Positions 61,601 through 64,000 of a stretch of 64,000 nucleotides of DNA are shown one piece after another (position 1 is the first letter of the stretch; each line of letters begins with the position of its first letter). Position numbers and translations under genes: made by a program. The DNA is from Amoebophrya sp. A120. Taxonomy: Eukaryota > Protista > Dinoflagellata. The stretch spans positions 1,114,609-1,178,608 of the forward strand of contig CAJINV010000012.1 of assembly GCA_905178155.1 (NCBI GenBank), read 5' to 3'. Under the pieces are notes generated by a model, which was not told the origin of the DNA, made no database searches, and saw only the letters and a program-made list of their open reading frames with translations.

Positions 61601-61762
61601 TGCAGATTTTCCATGACCCAGGGTCATGGAAAATCTGCATGGCAAACTTGTGCATTTTTCCAGACCCGGACATTTTTGCATTTGATACAGACCGTCCCGT
61701 TCCGACTCTAGCTCTTCGATCTGCTTCTTCAGCGCCGCCGGGTCGTCGTCGTCGGACGGCAT
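40647..61762 (-). CDS. Very large E/K-rich coiled-coil protein; 17 introners; last exon 40647-40690
   Basis: Starts MPSDDDDPAALKKQIEELESER. Successive heptad-rich exons lie between TIR elements, with internal repeats at 58784-59649. Final junction ERKKLLEKYG/ITDAETAGGDAY-stop across 40691-51812. Confidence 0.8.
41888..43577 (-). CDS. Tyrosine recombinase (spliced)
   Basis: WWTSGLRP (first Arg), DVKVD (Lys), NPYGIRRG (H-x-x-R variant), FLWSPNSTEWERDY (Trp and Tyr). GT-AG intron 42500..42383 joins GELNM/VHLPAG in frame. The 5' exons are less certain. Confidence 0.75.
43778..46127 (-). CDS. Reverse transcriptase - RNase H (spliced)
   Basis: KVRPI, KDDLFQAYFQ, LNFG, VYVDDI, then MSDAS, TYEILAA, HCDNAG, NPADATTR. 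GT-AG intron 45627..45510 joins RSGPW/SFETED. Confidence 0.92.
46983..49061 (-). CDS. Gag-like protein with C-terminal Cys/His knuckle and basic tail (spliced)
   Basis: Introns 48729..48613 and 47587..47393 give in-frame joins to ICTLFCGGLC...YCKWGDKCERDNGGH and a KG-rich tail. Confidence 0.7.
49204..50679 (-). CDS. Retrotransposon ORF1 (spliced, unknown function)
   Basis: ORFs 50302..50679 and 49204..50109 can be joined through the phase-0 donor AAG/GTACGT at 50373. Confidence 0.55.
51887..52180. mobile_element. Introner family A
   Basis: TIRs, TSD CTGCG/CTGCA. Confidence 0.9.
52662..52912. mobile_element. Introner family A
   Basis: TIRs, TSD CAGAT/CAGTT. Confidence 0.9.
52963..53180. mobile_element. 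Introner family G
   Basis: TIRs, TSD TTTTG/TCTTG. Confidence 0.88.
53887..54198. mobile_element. Introner family H
   Basis: TIR TATTA.AATGAAAAATGCCC, TSD ACCAG/ACCCG. Removal gives KEERRVLARENF. Confidence 0.88.
54250..54559. mobile_element. Introner family B
   Basis: TIRs, TSD CCTCC/CCTCC. Confidence 0.9.
54612..54763. mobile_element. Introner family C (diverged)
   Basis: TIRs, TSD TTCCA/TTCCA. Confidence 0.8.
55144..56496. mobile_element. Introner family C with nested 1.2-kb insertion
   Basis: TIRs, TSD ACCGT/ACCGT. The insert at about 55224-56408 is flanked by TAAGGCAAA on both sides. Confidence 0.88.
56735..56892. mobile_element. Introner family C
   Basis: TIRs, TSD CTGCA/CTGCA. Confidence 0.92.
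57098..57245. mobile_element. Introner family C (opposite orientation to 56735-56892)
   Basis: TIRs, TSD TGGTG/TGGTG. Confidence 0.92.
57415..57682. mobile_element. Introner family I
   Basis: TATAAAAACCCGCTCAGGTGT..., TSD TCCCG/TCCCG. Similar to 60450-60701. Confidence 0.88.
57820..58073. mobile_element. Introner family A
   Basis: TIRs, TSD TCCAA/TCCAA. Confidence 0.9.
58543..58783. mobile_element. Introner family A
   Basis: TIRs, TSD TGCTT/TGCTT. Confidence 0.92.
59650..59866. mobile_element. Introner family J
   Basis: IR AAAGTGTTACAGTTACACATT, TSD TGTTC/TGTTC. Confidence 0.88.
60102..60365. mobile_element. Introner family A
   Basis: TIRs, TSD TTCCG/TTCCG. Confidence 0.92.
60450..60701. 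mobile_element. Introner family I
   Basis: TIRs, TSD TCGGT/TCGGT. Confidence 0.9.
60738..60967. mobile_element. Introner family G
   Basis: TIRs, TSD TTTTT/CTTTT. Confidence 0.85.
61013..61265. mobile_element. Introner family A
   Basis: TIRs, TSD TTCCT/TTCCT. Confidence 0.9.
61391..61687. mobile_element. Introner family A with internal perfect palindrome
   Basis: TIRs, TSD CAGAC/CAGAC. Confidence 0.92.
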
Positions 61763-62977
61763 TTTGCCTGCTCCTCACGGGTCGTCGTCCTGTCCTTCAG
61801 CACAGCATTTTTGGTACAACTAGACGGAGCATGACATCGATTGTTGCTGCCGGTGCTGAGCTCCGGGGTCCCCGATTTTTATCTTATTGATGTCAGCAGA
61901 ATTTTGCTATATTTAAGTTTTTCCTTCCCAGCTTGGAAATAAGCTCCTGCAAAGTGTGGTACTTATTATCGCACATGATAATGTATGCGGAAGCTCATAA
62001 TTTTTCTATACGTAAAGCAGTGTCGGATTCAGTTGTTACTTATTGCAACGACGGCGCGAAAGAACACAACTATAAAAGCTAGAACCATGCGAAAAATGAA
62101 GGAAAGGCAATTGACACGATCAGACGACAAGTCAGCGAAACAAGAACCAGGTATTCACTATGAAAGACGGCGAACGATGATTTGTTCAGACGACGAAAAT
62201 TCTGTGAAAAAGGCTACTTACGAGTTGTACTACCTGACGTCGAAACAGGTGCGACAAACGAACGTTGCGAAAACGATCTGGTCAACATCTCTTGGCACAG
62301 CTAAGCGAAGCAACGACAATTTGTGATCGTTTTCGGCCGGCTTTGGAGGAAGTAGGAGGTCATTCGATATTTATGGACACGAATCGTGGTCAACAAAACT
62401 CTCTCTTCTTCAGCACGGAACGGGAACAGAAACTGTCAGTGTGTAAACCAACGCCGCTAGAGACCGTCGATGTTCGTCCTTCTGCAGTCTCAGGAACACT
62501 GCTATCCCAACATCGAACAGCGCCAGACAATCGGGTACAGAGAGAGAAACTGAAAGCGAAGCTGGAGGTGGAGAAGGAGATCGTGATCGAAGAGTTGCAC
62601 TATTTTTACAGTATCTTGCTGTTTTGACCAGTTGGGAAACATGTAGTGCAACTGTGTGTCCTTTTCCACTCACACACCACGTCGTACAAATCCAAGCAAA
62701 ATGCTTTTACATCATGTTGTCTGGAACTCCTTACTTACTTTCTAAAACCTACTTTCACTAATTTTCCGATACTTAGTCGCTCTTGTTTTTCACATGCTAA
62801 TAAATTTTGTTTCGAATTTGACTGATTAACGTGACAGTGAAACACATATCATACATCAAAATCATGCCAACATCGCTAAAGTTATCAGAATCTCTCATTT
62901 TTTCTTTTTCGCAGCTCGTCCTCCCTGATCCTCATGATAATGATATGTAGAAGCCCTATGGCTTCATCGTCTTTCCA

Positions 62978-63415
62978 CTAGAATTGCGGCACCACAGCCC
63001 CCGCGCCAGACAGCGCCAAAGACGCGTTTTTGGGCGTTGTGTCAAAAAGACTCAGTTGTCCGGTCAGCGACAAAGGATTTCTATTCCTACTCGATGATGA
63101 TGAATTCGCTGGCACGTTGCCCGTAAGGGGCTTAGCAGCTGTGCCAGTGGTGCCTAAGTTCAGGCTCAGACCGAAACCGGCTGGTTTCTCTACCACTTTA
63201 TTGCCGTTCTTCCCGTCGACCAACAAGGTTGGCGAATTCGCCAGAATCTTCTGTCGCTGCACCTCTCGCCTTTCCTCCTCGTAAATCCGCCGCGCGGTCT
63301 CGCGAAATGGGTTCTCTTTCAGGTTAGAGATGGAAGAGGGTGTGTGCTGGCTGTTTAACTTCCGCATGGAATATGGAATGCAATATTTTTTTCCTTCTAC
63401 AGTATGATCAAAATG
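62978..63415 (-). CDS. Terminal exon of a hypothetical protein extending off the window
   Basis: ORF FDHTVEGKKYCIPY...GAVVPQF-stop is bounded by a family A-like terminus at 63416. Confidence 0.55.
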   Translation of the reverse strand, partial: HFDHTVEGKKYCIPYSMRKLNSQHTPSSISNLKENPFRETARRIYEEERREVQRQKILANSPTLLVDGKNGNKVVEKPAGFGLSLNLGTTGTAAKPLTGNVPANSSSSSRNRNPLSLTGQLSLFDTTPKNASLALSGAGAVVPQF

Positions 63416-64000
63416 TATCAAATGCAATCAAATTTTTTGTTCCATGATAATACGACTTTAATCTGGTACAAGCAAGTCGTCGTGATTCAGATTTGCATTG
63501 CTGAATCCACGCCTTGATACGCGTCTTCGCTGATGCACAGACAACATCACGTCGATCACGGGAAAAAATAATTTGCGAAGAGTATCTATCACGAGAAAAA
63601 AGTCTTACAGTTACACACTTGTTGGAGTTTCTGCATGACAAACAAGGTCCGAGCGTGGGGACAGGGTCCCCACGCGGGCCCTTGGCTTCGGTTTCGGCTT
63701 GAGGATTCGGCCTGGGGGTTCGGCCTGGGGTTTCGGCTTCAGGCGACGGCGACAGACAGGCGACGGCGTTGGACTGTGGTGCGCCCCGTTCAGAAATGCC
63801 ACCGCCCCAGAGGCGTAGGCCGAGCGCTGCGAAGTTCGCCGAACAAATCTGGACGCTGGGCGCCGCTCTCTCGCATGAGAGCAAGGGCCGAGGCACGAGG
63901 CCAGGGCGATAGTCGGGGAGGCAAGGAACAGAGCGGGGCAAGGTTGGCCCGCTGCACTGCTTTGCTTGCGGCCTTGGGTTTTCGGCAGAGGGGCCCAAAC
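63416..64000. mobile_element. Decayed introner left end plus nested GC-rich insertion (truncated by window)
   Basis: TATCAAATGCAA start, then from about 63650 GC-rich sequence with GGGGTTTCGGC-like repeats. Confidence 0.45.

Noticed and set aside
10-61890. Many short ORFs containing MQICLGLE, CKYVWVWK, FQTQTYL or PDPDIFA
   Set aside because: These are translations of the family A TIR, not a protein family.
1-64000. Autonomous transposase for the introners; rRNA or tRNA genes
   Set aside because: No DDE-type ORF between matching TIRs and no recognisable structural RNA gene was seen.

Overview
This is eukaryotic DNA, most consistent with the parasitic dinoflagellate Amoebophrya (Syndiniales); that assignment is inferred from the intron style. 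Every host gene I could reconstruct lies on the minus strand. Their ORFs are broken by about 35 short (150-390 bp) elements from at least 10 sequence families. Intact copies run TAT...ATA, have terminal inverted repeats (TIRs) and are flanked by 5-bp target-site duplications (TSDs). At the junctions I translated, removing the element plus one TSD copy restores the reading frame, so they behave as non-canonical introns (introners). Host genes are a coiled-coil protein (<1-5552), a putative secreted protein (12149-15476), a hypothetical protein (17473-20217), two tandem PKA regulatory-subunit-like genes (29687-32984, 38034-39949) and a very large coiled-coil gene (40647-61762, 17 introners). Four structures stand out. 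(1) An apparently complete 11-kb split-direct-repeat tyrosine-recombinase retrotransposon (Ngaro/PAT-like, 40839-51796) is nested inside an introner and itself carries GT-AG introns. (2) A 7.8-kb mosaic (21155-28910) has unrelated fragments separated by 8 copies of one motif that is continuous with both flanks. (3) One 8-mer (TGTNATGC) is shared by all introner families and by some GT-AG introns. (4) Several insertions have a hairpin-plus-subterminal-IR (Helentron-like) end structure. No autonomous transposase for the introners is visible. Exon structures were derived by hand and have no RNA support.
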